A stretch of DNA of 64,000 nt, taken from positions 6,024 through 70,023 of the forward strand of contig CAVXXW010000010.1 of NCBI GenBank assembly GCA_963765785.1, written 5' to 3'. This document shows positions 1-10,031 of this stretch, one piece after another. Position 1 is the stretch's first letter. Each line of letters starts with the position of its first letter. The stretch is from an uncultured Actinomycetes bacterium. GTDB lineage: Bacteria > Actinomycetota > Thermoleophilia > Gaiellales > Gaiellaceae. The notes under the pieces are model-generated. The model saw only the letters and a program-made list of their open reading frames with translations. It was not told the origin of the DNA and did no database searches. The position numbers were made by a program, and so were the translations under genes.

Positions 1-1
1 A

Positions 2-1258
2 CTAGCGCCCGCGCGCCGAGTAGGCGCGAGCCATCGCGATCCGCTGGACGACGGTCGGGTGGGTGTCGATCCAGATGTACGACCACAGCGGCGGGCTCGG
101 CTGGACGAGGTCGTAGCGCGTGAACTTGCGGAAGACGCTCTCCGCGGCGACGGGGTCGCGCGTGGCCCGGAGCGCCGACCAGTCGGCCTCGGCCTCGTAG
201 CGGCGCGAGACGGCGTTCCCGAACGGCGTGACGACCAGGCCGACGAGCGCTAGCACCAGGAGCGCGTACGGCACGACCTCCGGGCGCTCCAGGCCGCCGC
301 GGCGGCGCGTCGCCCACTCGAGCACGAAGAAGCCGGGCACGGTCAGGAGCAGCGACCACGCCAGGCCTTTCCAAATGTGCCGGTGCGCGACGTGACCGAA
401 CTCGTGCGCGACGACGACTTCGATCTCCCGGGTCGAGTAGCGGCCGTCGAGGAACGTGTCCCACAGGAAGACACGCGCCGATGGGCCGATCCCGGTCGCC
501 ATCGCGTTCGCCGCGGAGGTCTGGTCGCTGACCGTCTCGATTCGCACCGGCGTGCCGCCGACGCCCTCAGCTCGCGCGAGCTGGCGGATCCGAGCGGCCG
601 CCGGCGTGTCGTGCGGCGACCGGGTCCCGAGCGTCTCTAGGTACGGCAGCACGAGCAGGAAGACGCCACCCATCACGACGAAAAAGGGCGCCGCCACGAG
701 CCACCAGCGCCGGCCGAAGCGGCCCGCGAGGAGGAGCAGGATCGTCAGCGCGATCGTCAGGCCGACCACCTGCCCGAGCAGCCCGGGCCACTGGTCGAGC
801 GCCCACGAGAGGTAGCCCTGCTTCTCCTGGCCGTAGCGGCGGCCCCACCAGAGCGCGATCGCGCCGAACGGCAAGCCGGCCGCCCACGTGCCGAGCGTCG
901 TGACGGCGCCGACCATCACGCCCTTCCCGACGCGACCGAGCTCCCATGCGCGTGCGAGCCGGGGCCCGAGCGCCGCGAAAACGGCTAACGCCCCGAGCGT
1001 CGCCAGCGTCCCCGCCACCCACAGCCAGCGGAGCAGCCCGTCGTAGCGCGCCGAGCGGTGCAGCACGTCCGGTGGGAAGGCGCGTGCGGCGTCCACGTGC
1101 GGCAGGTGCAGGGTTCCCGGGACCGTCGTCCACGTCAGCAGCCACGCAGCCGCGAGCCAGGCCGCGACGAGCCCGACTAAGGTTGCGCCCTTGGCGACGC
1201 GGGTCGCGGTCATCTCCGACGTCCACGCTAACTGGCACGCCCTCGAGGCCGTGCTCAC
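2..1258 (-). CDS. M48-family zinc metallopeptidase (HtpX/Ste24-like), polytopic membrane protein
   Basis: ORF 2..1258; HEFGH zinc motif (VVAHEFGHVAHRH) follows several hydrophobic segments; TAG stop at 2-4; alternative ATG at 1213. Confidence 0.8.
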   Translation of the reverse strand: MSTASRACQLAWTSEMTATRVAKGATLVGLVAAWLAAAWLLTWTTVPGTLHLPHVDAARAFPPDVLHRSARYDGLLRWLWVAGTLATLGALAVFAALGPRLARAWELGRVGKGVMVGAVTTLGTWAAGLPFGAIALWWGRRYGQEKQGYLSWALDQWPGLLGQVVGLTIALTILLLLAGRFGRRWWLVAAPFFVVMGGVFLLVLPYLETLGTRSPHDTPAAARIRQLARAEGVGGTPVRIETVSDQTSAANAMATGIGPSARVFLWDTFLDGRYSTREIEVVVAHEFGHVAHRHIWKGLAWSLLLTVPGFFVLEWATRRRGGLERPEVVPYALLVLALVGLVVTPFGNAVSRRYEAEADWSALRATRDPVAAESVFRKFTRYDLVQPSPPLWSYIWIDTHPTVVQRIAMARAYSARGR

Positions 1259-1925
1259 GGAGGTCGAGCGGGAGGAGCCTGATGAGCTCTGGTGCCTTGG
1301 CGACCTCGTCGGCTACGGGCCGCGGCCGAATCCGTGCTGTGCCGCGGTCGAGCGGCGTGCAGCGATCTGCCTCGCTGGAAACCACGATCTCGGCGTGCTC
1401 GGCACGATCGACCTAGCGGAGTTCACCGGCGATGCGGTCGAGGCCGCGCGGTGGACCCGCGGCGTGCTCGCCGAGGGCTCACGCGGGTTCCTGGAGTCGC
1501 TCCGGTCCCAGGCCCGGTGCGACGGCGTCGAGCTCTTCCACGCGAGCCCGCGCGACCCGGTCTGGGAGTACGTGCTGTCGGCTGAGGCCGCCGCGGCGGC
1601 GTTCGAGCTGACCGAGTCGCCCGCCGTCCTCGTCGGACACAGCCACGTGCCGCTCGCGATCTCGCTGGCCGGCCAGGTGCTCGACGGCGGCCTTGCGCCC
1701 GGAGGGACCGGGACCGCGCTCGGCTCGGAGCGCTGGCTGCTCAACCCAGGCTCGGTCGGCCAGCCGCGAGACGGCGACCCGCGCGCCGCGTGGCTGCTGC
1801 TCGACCTCGGCGCCGGCCTGGCGGAGCACCGCCGCGTCGAGTACGACGTCGCGCGCACGCAGGACGAGATCCGCGAGAGGGGGTTGCCCGATGCGCTGGC
1901 GCAACGTCTTGCTCACGGGGTCTAG
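1191..1925 (+). CDS. calcineurin-like metallophosphoesterase
   Basis: VAVISDVHAN ... GDLVGYGP ... GNHD ... GHSH motifs typical of the family; TTG start. Confidence 0.8.
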   Translation: MATRVAVISDVHANWHALEAVLTEVEREEPDELWCLGDLVGYGPRPNPCCAAVERRAAICLAGNHDLGVLGTIDLAEFTGDAVEAARWTRGVLAEGSRGFLESLRSQARCDGVELFHASPRDPVWEYVLSAEAAAAAFELTESPAVLVGHSHVPLAISLAGQVLDGGLAPGGTGTALGSERWLLNPGSVGQPRDGDPRAAWLLLDLGAGLAEHRRVEYDVARTQDEIRERGLPDALAQRLAHGV

Positions 1926-2262
1926 CGCCGCGCTGCTCGCCGGCTGCGGTGGCGGCGGGCACGAGAACCCACCGCCTCCCAAGCCGCCGCGGATTCCGGC
2001 AGGCGTGGCGGCCCGGCTCTCCGCCGAAGCCGACCGCGTGGCCGCGCTGGCGCCCGGAACCTGTGCGGCCCGCGACGCGGCCAACCGCTTCCGCAGCGAC
2101 GTGATCGCCTCGGTCGGCCGGCTGCCGGCCCGCTACCAGGAGCCGCTCACCTCGGCCGCCAACGACCTCGCGGCGCGGCTGGCCGTGTGCACAGAGCCTC
2201 AGCCGCCGGAGCACCGCGGGCACGGACACGGGCACGGGAAGAAGAAGGACGAGGGCGACTAG
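1891..2262 (+). CDS. small lipoprotein, function unknown
   Basis: Internal ATG at 1891 gives MRWRNVLLTGSSAALLAGCGGGG (lipobox LAGC); His/Gly-rich C-terminus; overlaps the end of the preceding gene. Confidence 0.55.
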   Translation: MRWRNVLLTGSSAALLAGCGGGGHENPPPPKPPRIPAGVAARLSAEADRVAALAPGTCAARDAANRFRSDVIASVGRLPARYQEPLTSAANDLAARLAVCTEPQPPEHRGHGHGHGKKKDEGD

Positions 2263-3479
2263 CCGTCGGTGCCGGAGCCGCCGGAACCCGTGCCGCCGTC
2301 GTGGCCCGACTCTCCGGTAGCGCCCCTGTCACCGGAACCGCCCGAGCCCGAAGCGCCCGAGCCGGAGTCCCCGCCGCCGTCGTGCGAGGTGCCGGCGGAC
2401 TCGGTCGTCGAGCCGCCACCGTCGCTCTTGCCGTCATTGCTGCTCGTAGGGGTCGTCGTCGTCGGTGCCGAGCGGTGCTCCTGTTCGACCTCGCCTCCGC
2501 CGCCGGAGGAGCCGGGGCGGCCCTGGTGGCCGCTCTCGCGTTCCATCGTTGTCGGCGAAGGCGCGGGCGGCCGGGCGCGCGTGGTTCTGAGCGCAACGGG
2601 CTGCGCCGCGGGTGGCCGGACCGCGGCGGGCCCGCGCGTCCGCGTCGCGACGGCGACGTGCTTGACGCGTGCGTGGGCCGGCGCCGAGCGGTGGACCCGG
2701 GCGTGCTTCGATTGCTCCACACCCGCAACCGTGCCGACGGTGCCGATCGCGAGCGTCGCTGCAGCCAGCTTGGCCGCCAGCGGCGCCGAGGCCAGCTTTG
2801 CCAGGACCGCGCCTCCGGCCCCCGTCGAGGCGGCGCCCGCGCCGAAGCCGGGCAGCGCCTGCGCGAGTGCGTCGCGCAACGTCACCGGAAGCGCGAGCAC
2901 GCCGAGCGCCGAGCGCACCGGCCGCAGCTGCTCCTGCAGGCGCTTCCGCCCGCGGAAGAGCAGCGACTCGACAGCGGCCCCGCTCAGCCCGAGCGCGGCG
3001 GCGACCTCTGCATACGAGAGCCCGTAGAACTCGCGCAGAACGACCGCGTCGCGCTGCTGCGGGGGCAGCTCGGTCAGCGCGGCGCAGAGCGCCTGGATCT
3101 CCTCGCGCCGGCCGACGTCGCGCTGCAGCACGTCGCCCGCCGGCTCCTGTGCGAGCGCCAGCGGCTCGGTCTGCCGGGCGCGTAGTCGCGAGCGACACTC
3201 GTTGCGCGCGATCGTGCCGAGCCACGCCGACGGGTCGCGCGGCTCCTGGCCCGCGAGCAGCGAGCGGTAGGCGGAGAGGAACGTCTGCTGGGCCGCGTCC
3301 TCGGCCTCGACCGGGTCGCGCAGCAGCAGGCGGCTGATGCCGTAGACCATCCGGCCGTGCTCCTCGAAGAGCGCGGCGATGCGCTCCCCGGCCGCGCGCT
3401 GGCGGCGGCGGCCGGGGAGCGAAAGCCCACGGGAGACGCGGGCGGCGCTAGTGGTCGCCGCCTCCATCACCTCCGTCAT
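2259..3479 (-). CDS. ECF sigma factor with long C-terminal extension (hydrophobic segment plus Gly/Ser/Asp-rich tail)
   Basis: Region 2 (DAAQQTFLSAYR) and region 4 (QRDAVVLREFYGLSYAEVAAALGLSGAAVESLLFRGRKRL), followed by ~200 extra residues. Confidence 0.8.
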   Translation of the reverse strand: MTEVMEAATTSAARVSRGLSLPGRRRQRAAGERIAALFEEHGRMVYGISRLLLRDPVEAEDAAQQTFLSAYRSLLAGQEPRDPSAWLGTIARNECRSRLRARQTEPLALAQEPAGDVLQRDVGRREEIQALCAALTELPPQQRDAVVLREFYGLSYAEVAAALGLSGAAVESLLFRGRKRLQEQLRPVRSALGVLALPVTLRDALAQALPGFGAGAASTGAGGAVLAKLASAPLAAKLAAATLAIGTVGTVAGVEQSKHARVHRSAPAHARVKHVAVATRTRGPAAVRPPAAQPVALRTTRARPPAPSPTTMERESGHQGRPGSSGGGGEVEQEHRSAPTTTTPTSSNDGKSDGGGSTTESAGTSHDGGGDSGSGASGSGGSGDRGATGESGHDGGTGSGGSGTDG

Positions 3480-4404
3480 CGTCCCTGTCGTCGTCCTTCT
3501 TGAGCCGGACGAGCGTGAGCGTGCCGTTGACGTTGGCGCACTTCATCTCGACGCGGTCGTTCATCTGGAAGCCGGAGAGGTCGACGCCGTTCGGCACCGT
3601 GCACTGGACGGGCGAGCCGCCGTGCGGCTGGACGGTGATCATGCCGCCGCCGATCTGGGTGATGGCGCCGTGTACCTCGATTCGGCCGTTGTCCTCACCG
3701 GTGCCCTGGTGGTCGTCGTCGTTCTCGTCGTCCGAGTTGACGCTCACGAGCGTGAAAGCGCCGGTGGCATCCACGTTCACGATCAACTCGATCTCGTCGC
3801 CGGGCTTCAACTGCGGCAGCTGGAACCCTGCCGGGATCGTGACGAAGACCTCGCCGCGGTGCTCGACCGCCAGCCGGAGCTGGTCGCCGCTCACCGAGAG
3901 GAAGATGCCTTCCAGCTCGAGCGTCGAGGCCTGGCCGAGGGTAGTGATCGACGTGGCCCCGAGGCCGCCGCTCGTGATGCGCACTCGCACCTCGACCTTC
4001 TCGCCGGGCCGATGGTCGCGGTGCGACATGAAGCCGCGAGCCGGAGCCCGAACGGAGAAGACCGAGCCGCCGGCGGTGAGCAGCAGGCGGTGCAGCTTCA
4101 CCTGGTTGCGGACGACCACGGCGCGGAGCACGGCACGGCTCACCCGCCCGGACGCGTGCAGCGTCCCGGCCCGGAAGGTGCCGTCGGTGAGGCGGCGGGC
4201 GGTGTAGGACACGCGGCTGCCGAGGCGGACCGCGGCCAGGTGACCGGGCGCGCGGACGGTCCGCACCACGCCGCCCCGTGAAGCGACGACGACGGTGTGC
4301 CGTGCGGAGTTCTTGGCGACGGCGACGCCGCTGAAGGCCGAGGCGGTCGCCGGAAGCGCCAGCACGGCGGCGAGCGCCAGTGCCGGCAGGAGGATTCGCT
4401 TCAT
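3448..4404 (-). CDS. secreted repeat protein (DUF5666-like beta-domain repeats), acidic C-terminal tail
   Basis: ATG at 4404 gives signal peptide MKRILLPALALAAVLALPATASA; internal repeats of the GD..E....V type; its 3' end overlaps the sigma start by 32 nt. Confidence 0.6.
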   Translation of the reverse strand: MKRILLPALALAAVLALPATASAFSGVAVAKNSARHTVVVASRGGVVRTVRAPGHLAAVRLGSRVSYTARRLTDGTFRAGTLHASGRVSRAVLRAVVVRNQVKLHRLLLTAGGSVFSVRAPARGFMSHRDHRPGEKVEVRVRITSGGLGATSITTLGQASTLELEGIFLSVSGDQLRLAVEHRGEVFVTIPAGFQLPQLKPGDEIELIVNVDATGAFTLVSVNSDDENDDDHQGTGEDNGRIEVHGAITQIGGGMITVQPHGGSPVQCTVPNGVDLSGFQMNDRVEMKCANVNGTLTLVRLKKDDDRDDDGGDGGGDH

Positions 4405-4498
4405 CAGGAGGTCCTTTCGGAGCTGGGGAGAGGGCGGATTGCACCTCGCAGGACTCAGGCGCGGCCGAAAACTTGCACCCGCCGGTAGAAATCCCCGC

Positions 4499-5539
4499 AT
4501 GGGTGCCTCCAGCCTCGGCGGCGGCCGTTACCGGCTCGAGCGCTCGCTCGGGCACGGCGGCATGGCGACCGTCTTCCTCGCCCGCGACGAGGAGCTCGAC
4601 CGGCCGGTCGCGATCAAGCTGCTCGCCGAGCACCTCGCCGGCGACACGGCCTTCCGCGACCGCTTCCTGCGCGAGGCACGGCTAGCGGCCAGCCTCTCGC
4701 ACCCGAACGTCGTCAGCGTGTACGACGCGGGCGAGGCCGAGGACGGACGGCCGTTCATCGTGATGGAGTACGTGCCCGGGGTGACCCTCGCCGAGGTCGG
4801 GCGGCCCGCGCCGGGCGAGGCGGTCGGGCTCGTCGTCCAGGCGTGCCAGGGCCTCGCGCACGCACACGCGGCAGGGCTCGTGCACCGGGACGTCAAGCCG
4901 CAGAACCTGCTGCTGCGCGACGACGGCGTGCTCAAGGTCGCCGACTTCGGCATCGCCCGCGCCGCCGAGACGACCGCGCTGACGCAGGTCGGCACGGTGC
5001 TCGGCACGGCGGCGTACCTCTCGCCCGAGCAGGCGCTCGGCGAGCAGGTGACGCCCGCCGCCGACGTCTACGCGCTCGGCGCGGTGCTCTACGAGCTGCT
5101 CGCGGGCCGGACGCCGTACGAGTTCGACTCACTCGCCGACCTCGCCGCCAAGCAGCGCGAGGAGTCGATCGCGCCGGTCGGCGAGCTGGCGACCGGAGTC
5201 TCGCCGCAGGTCGAGGACGCGGTCATGCGCGCGCTGGCGCGAAACCCCGCGTACCGGCCGCAGACGGCGGCGGCGTTCTTGCAGGAGCTCACCGCGACCT
5301 TACCGCTCGAGGCGGTTCCGCAACCCAACGACCACCACCGGGTCTGGTGGGCGGCCGCAGCGGTCGTCACGGCGGCGGCGATCGCGTCCGGCATCGTCGT
5401 CGCGGCGACCGGCGGGAGCTCGAAGCCGCCGACGCCGCCGCGTCCAGCCGCGGTGCGTCCGATCCCGCGCGGTGCCGACGCCCAGGAGCAGGCGCGGAAC
5501 ATCGCGGCGTGGTTGAGAGCTAGATCCGCTCGGCCGTAG
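4499..5539 (+). CDS. Ser/Thr protein kinase (Hanks type) with C-terminal TM segment and Pro-rich tail
   Basis: GHGGMATVF, AIK, HRDVKPQNLL, DFGIA and SPEQ motifs; ATG at 4499. Confidence 0.9.
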   Translation: MGASSLGGGRYRLERSLGHGGMATVFLARDEELDRPVAIKLLAEHLAGDTAFRDRFLREARLAASLSHPNVVSVYDAGEAEDGRPFIVMEYVPGVTLAEVGRPAPGEAVGLVVQACQGLAHAHAAGLVHRDVKPQNLLLRDDGVLKVADFGIARAAETTALTQVGTVLGTAAYLSPEQALGEQVTPAADVYALGAVLYELLAGRTPYEFDSLADLAAKQREESIAPVGELATGVSPQVEDAVMRALARNPAYRPQTAAAFLQELTATLPLEAVPQPNDHHRVWWAAAAVVTAAAIASGIVVAATGGSSKPPTPPRPAAVRPIPRGADAQEQARNIAAWLRARSARP

Positions 5540-6107
5540 CGGTCCGCTGCGTGGCGAAGGAGACGCCCTCGCGCTCGAGCGCGATTTGGACTTCCTCCCG
5601 CGCCTTGTAGATCCGCCACTTGACGGTCGCGAGGGTGACCTCGAGCGAGTCGGCGATCTCGGTGTACGAGAGGCCGACCACGTCGCGGAGCAGCAGCGCC
5701 ATCTTCAGGTCGGTGCTGAGGTCCTCGACCGCGCGCCAGAGCGCATCGATCTCCTCGAGCCGCTCGATCGGTGCGTCGAGCACCTCGAGGGGGGCGATGT
5801 CGTCGATCGCGACGAGAGCCCGCGGCCGCCGCTCGACCGCCCGCAGCTCGTCGAGCACGCGGTTCTTCGTCACCTGGAAGAGCCAGGTCGTGAACTTCGA
5901 GCGGAGCGAGAACTTCGGCAGGCCCTGGAAGACCCGCAGGAACACCTCCTGCGTCAGATCCTCGGCGAGCGCCCGGTCTCCGCCGACGAGGCGGAGCACG
6001 TAATTGAACACGGGCGTCTCGTAGGCGCGAAGGATGAGCGAGAACGCTCGCTCGTCACCCCGCTGCGCCTTCCGCAGAACGCCAAGATCGGGCTGGGCCA
6101 GTGACAA
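5520..6107 (-). CDS. ECF-type RNA polymerase sigma factor
   Basis: Region 2 (AEDLTQEVFLRVFQGL) and region 4 (LLLRDVVGLSYTEIADSLEVTLATVKWRIYKAREE). Confidence 0.85.
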   Translation of the reverse strand: MSLAQPDLGVLRKAQRGDERAFSLILRAYETPVFNYVLRLVGGDRALAEDLTQEVFLRVFQGLPKFSLRSKFTTWLFQVTKNRVLDELRAVERRPRALVAIDDIAPLEVLDAPIERLEEIDALWRAVEDLSTDLKMALLLRDVVGLSYTEIADSLEVTLATVKWRIYKAREEVQIALEREGVSFATQRTATAERI

Positions 6108-6159
6108 GGCCTGCGGAGTATAGACGGCGAAGTGGTCGTGCGCGACACCTCAAAATGGG

Positions 6160-7602
6160 CTAATTGCAGAGGTTTCGGCCGGTCATCTGTAAAGGTTTCC
6201 TTAGGCCGAGGTAAGCAATCACGGTCGGCGCCAGATCGCCGAGCTCGCCGTCCTCGACGCTCGCGGCGGGGTCGGTGACGATCAGAGGTACGCGATTCGT
6301 GGTGTGGGCGGTGTGCGGGCTCGTTCCGTCCTCCTCCAGCATCTGCTCGGCGTTGCCGTGGTCGGCGGTGATCAGCGCCACGCCGCCGAGTCGTTCGACC
6401 GTCTCGACCACCCGGCCGAGGCAGGCGTCGGCCGTCTCCACCGCCTGGACGACCGCCGGGATCACGCCCGTGTGGCCGACCATGTCGGGGTTGGCGAAGT
6501 TGACGACCGCGAACGCGTAGTCGCCGACCGCGAGCTCGGTGCAGAAGCGCGCGGCGACCTCCTCGGCCGACATCACGGGCTTCTTGTCGTACGTGCCGAC
6601 CTCGCGCGGGCTCGGGACGAGCAGGCGCGTCTCCCCCGGCCACTCCGCCTCGCGGCCGCCGTTGAAGAAGTAGGTCACGTGCGCGTACTTCTCCGTCTCG
6701 GCGGCGTGCAGCTGGCGCAGGCCGTGCTCGGACAGGACCTCGGCCAGCGTCTGGTCGACGTCCTGCTCGGCGAAGGCGACCCGCGTGTCGAGCTCGTCGC
6801 TGTAGCGCGTCATCGTCGTGACGTCGTAGTCGTCGTCGAGCAGCAGCTTCGTCAACTGGCGGGCGCGGTCGGGGCGGAAGTTGAAGAAGATCGCCGCGTC
6901 GCCGGGCTCGAGCCTCGGTCGGCCTCGGAGAACGACCGGCTCGACGAACTCGTCGGTCACGCCGCGCTCGTAGCTCGCCCGCACCGCCTCGACGGGATCG
7001 TCGGCCCGCTCGCCCTCGCCGGCGGTGATCGCCTCGAACGCTCGCTCGGTGCGGTCCCAGCGCTGGTCGCGGTCCATCGCGTAGTAACGGCCCGCGACGG
7101 TCGCGACCCGGTCGGCCGGCAACTCGGCCAGGTCGCGCTCGGCCGCGTGCGGCGAAACGTCGCGGCCGTCGGTGAACGCGTGGATCCACGTCCGCTCGGG
7201 CGCGAACTGCAGCAACGCCTTCAGGTGGTCGATGTGCGAGTGGACGCCGCCGTGGGAGACGAGGCCGAGCAGGTGGACGTTGCCGCCCTTTGCGAAGGCC
7301 GCCTTCAGCGCAGGGTTCTCGAAGAACGAGCCGTCCTCGATCGCTCGGTTGATCCGCTGCAGATCCTGGTCGAGCACGCGACCGGAGCCGATCGTCAGGT
7401 GGCCGACCTCGGAGTTCCCCATCTGGCCTTCCGGCAGGCCGACCGCCTCGCCCGAGGCCTTCAGCGTCGCGTGCGGATACACGGCCCAGAGCCGGTCGAA
7501 CACGGGCGTCTCGGCCAGGTCGATGGCGTTCCCCGGCCCGGGCGGCGCGCAGCCCCAGCCGTCGAGGATGAGAAGAACTACCGGTTTCAGGCCGCTCGGC
7601 AA
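6160..7602 (-). CDS. gpmI: 2,3-bisphosphoglycerate-independent phosphoglycerate mutase
   Basis: LKPVVLLILDGWG, GNSEVGH and ADHGNAE motifs; likely TTG start at 7602, overlapping the tpiA stop by 16 nt; the N-terminal part of the longer track ORF has no homology. Confidence 0.9.
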   Translation of the reverse strand: MPSGLKPVVLLILDGWGCAPPGPGNAIDLAETPVFDRLWAVYPHATLKASGEAVGLPEGQMGNSEVGHLTIGSGRVLDQDLQRINRAIEDGSFFENPALKAAFAKGGNVHLLGLVSHGGVHSHIDHLKALLQFAPERTWIHAFTDGRDVSPHAAERDLAELPADRVATVAGRYYAMDRDQRWDRTERAFEAITAGEGERADDPVEAVRASYERGVTDEFVEPVVLRGRPRLEPGDAAIFFNFRPDRARQLTKLLLDDDYDVTTMTRYSDELDTRVAFAEQDVDQTLAEVLSEHGLRQLHAAETEKYAHVTYFFNGGREAEWPGETRLLVPSPREVGTYDKKPVMSAEEVAARFCTELAVGDYAFAVVNFANPDMVGHTGVIPAVVQAVETADACLGRVVETVERLGGVALITADHGNAEQMLEEDGTSPHTAHTTNRVPLIVTDPAASVEDGELGDLAPTVIAYLGLRKPLQMTGRNLCN

Positions 7603-8273
7603 ATCGCGGTGAACGATTCCACGTCCAGCGAGGCGCCGCCGACCAACGCGCCGTCCACCCCGTCTTCCGAGAGCAGTTCCTCGGCGTTCTCGGGCTTGAC
7701 CGAGCCGCCGTACAGCACCGGCACGTCGAGCAGGCTCTTGATGAACGCGTGCGCCTCGCGCGCCTGGTCGGGCGTCGCCGTCTGCCCCGTGCCGATCGCC
7801 CACACCGGCTCGTAGGCGATCACCAGCCGCTCGTCCTCGCCCGCCACCTCGCGGATCGCCTCAACCTGTAGGCGCAGCACCAGCTCCATCTGGCCCGACC
7901 GGCGCTCCTCGAGCGACTCGCCGACGCACGCGATCACGCGCAGCCCCGCCTCGAGCGCGGCGACCGTGCGGCGCGCGACGGTCTCGTTCGTGTCGCCGAA
8001 GAGCTCGCGGCGCTCGGAATGGCCGACGATCGCGCCCTGAACGCCCAGCTCGAGCAGCATCGGCGCAGAGACTTCGCCCGTGTACGGGCCGTCGGCCGCC
8101 CAGTGCACGTTCTGCGCGAACACGGTCTGGCCGCTGTCGACTGCCGTCTGCAGCGAGACGAACGGCGGGCAGAGCACCGCCTCGACGCCCTCAGGGGCCG
8201 AGAACGCCTCGCAGAACTCGCGCGTCTCGCGCGGGCCTTTGAACATCTTCCAGTTCGCGGCCAGAAGCGGCAC
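7587..8273 (-). CDS. tpiA: triosephosphate isomerase
   Basis: AANWKM, GHSERR, AYEPVWAIGTG and YGGSV motifs. Confidence 0.95.
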   Translation of the reverse strand: MPLLAANWKMFKGPRETREFCEAFSAPEGVEAVLCPPFVSLQTAVDSGQTVFAQNVHWAADGPYTGEVSAPMLLELGVQGAIVGHSERRELFGDTNETVARRTVAALEAGLRVIACVGESLEERRSGQMELVLRLQVEAIREVAGEDERLVIAYEPVWAIGTGQTATPDQAREAHAFIKSLLDVPVLYGGSVKPENAEELLSEDGVDGALVGGASLDVESFTAICRAA

Positions 8274-8354
8274 AGGCGCGCATGTTAGACCGCTCCCCGA
8301 CAGACGAAGGGAGCGGCGCGCGGCCGCTCCCTTCGGAGAAAGCCATGGCGGCTG

Positions 8355-10031
8355 CTAGCCGGACGGACAGCCGTTGGCCATGTCGCCACTGTTGAAGTTC
8401 TCGAAGCGGTTGATCGTCGTGAACCCTGCGGCCGGGAACACCGTCGACAGAAGCGGCCCGAACTGCAGCGAGCTCCCGCCGTAGTGGTTCACCGTCCCGG
8501 GGATGAAGTTCCCTCCCTCCTGCCAGGTGCAGCTCGCGCCGAGCGTGTTGGTGGAGAAGAAGGGATAGAAGTTCGCACCCGGAGGCGGGTTGACGCAGCC
8601 CACTCCGGTGGTTCGGTTGCACGAGCTCTCGATCGCCGGCAGGTCGGCTTCGAAGGCGATCGTCGAGAAGTTGTCCCCGTTCACGGTCGTCGGGCTCGTG
8701 AACATCACCGGCTCCGGGTTGATCTTCCCGTCCACCTTCGGGTCGGGGTTCGAGCCCGGCCAGTCGTTCTGGTACGAGGGCCCGTCGAAGTCGTCGTCTG
8801 ACTGGAAGCACCCGTTGACGTGGACCGTCCAGGCGTCCTTGCCGGGCACGCAGAACGTGTCGTCGTCGTCGAGGCCGCCCGGATCGGATGCTCCGGCCAC
8901 CGCGCAGTTGAAGTTCGCGTCCAGCTGCGGGCAGAGCTCGAAGTGCCCGATCTCGTCCGAGTAGGCGACGTTGTACGTGTGCGCCGACCACGTGTTGCCG
9001 CGCGGGTTCGCGGTGCTGTACTCCGGATGGAACGCGTACGGCGCCGACGTGCAGGTGCTCGCGCCCGGGGTGAACAGAATGTGCGCGAAGCCGTTCGCGA
9101 CCGACGCGGTCATCGAGCCGTTCTGGTTGGTCGTCAGGTCGCTCAGGTCGGCCCTGAACCCGGCGGGCGTGTCGTGCAGGTGGATCCTGATCAGGTCGCC
9201 CGGCTTCATCATCAGGTCCCGGTTGAAGTCGGGGTTCACCGCCGCGAAGTTCGGAGCGTCGAACGTCCCGGTGAAGAGCGGGTCGGCCGGAGCCTGCGAG
9301 ACCCCGCTCTTGGTGACATACGCCCAGTTGATCGGCTCCTGTCCGCCGAGGACGAAGTTGTTGCAGGCGGACGTGTTCAGCTGGCCGGTGTTCTGGTTGA
9401 GCGTCCGGCTGTCGATCGTCATCGCCGCGCAGTAGCGGTTCGCGGCGCAGCCGAAGCCCTCGAACTGCGGGACGTAGCCCGGCCCGTAGAACTGGAGCTC
9501 CATGAAGGCGTTCCCCGGGTGCTTGCCGATGTAGTCCGGCAGGGCGGGGTTCGTCCCTACGAGGTTGTTTGCGTCCGAGTCGGGCGTGCACGTCTTCGTG
9601 AACTCCGGTGCCGACTCGCTGTCGCAGAGCGTCAGCCCGAACCAGAAGGTCGGTCGGAGCTCGAAGTTCCAGGTCCCGCCCGAACCGTCCTGCTTGGGCT
9701 TAGTCGACGGGTCGTCGGGGAGCCGGACCGTGTAGGTCATGTCGTTGCCCGAGCCGGCCTCGCCGGACTTGAACAGCAGCGACGGCTCGTCGTGGCCGAC
9801 GTACTCGCCGTTGTGGTTGTCGTAGACGTCGGCGCAGAGCGACTTGACGCTCTGGCAGACCGGGTCGTCGATGCCTCCCAGGCTCGTGGTCGGGTTGAAC
9901 GAGACAGGGGTCGCCGGCTTCGCGGCCCCGGGGCTCAGGACGAGCGCCCCTCCCACAAGCGCGAGCAGGATGACCGGACGGAGAAACGAGCGCGGGATCC
10001 CGCTCCTTCCACCCAGGCGGGGGTTCCTCAT
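8355..10031 (-). CDS. Cys-rich secreted protein of unknown function
   Basis: ATG at 10031 preceded by GAGAGGAGG; signal-like N-terminus (VILLALVGGALVLSPGAA); many Cys; YVGHDEPSLLF motif; no family recognised. Confidence 0.7.
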   Translation of the reverse strand: MRNPRLGGRSGIPRSFLRPVILLALVGGALVLSPGAAKPATPVSFNPTTSLGGIDDPVCQSVKSLCADVYDNHNGEYVGHDEPSLLFKSGEAGSGNDMTYTVRLPDDPSTKPKQDGSGGTWNFELRPTFWFGLTLCDSESAPEFTKTCTPDSDANNLVGTNPALPDYIGKHPGNAFMELQFYGPGYVPQFEGFGCAANRYCAAMTIDSRTLNQNTGQLNTSACNNFVLGGQEPINWAYVTKSGVSQAPADPLFTGTFDAPNFAAVNPDFNRDLMMKPGDLIRIHLHDTPAGFRADLSDLTTNQNGSMTASVANGFAHILFTPGASTCTSAPYAFHPEYSTANPRGNTWSAHTYNVAYSDEIGHFELCPQLDANFNCAVAGASDPGGLDDDDTFCVPGKDAWTVHVNGCFQSDDDFDGPSYQNDWPGSNPDPKVDGKINPEPVMFTSPTTVNGDNFSTIAFEADLPAIESSCNRTTGVGCVNPPPGANFYPFFSTNTLGASCTWQEGGNFIPGTVNHYGGSSLQFGPLLSTVFPAAGFTTINRFENFNSGDMANGCPSG

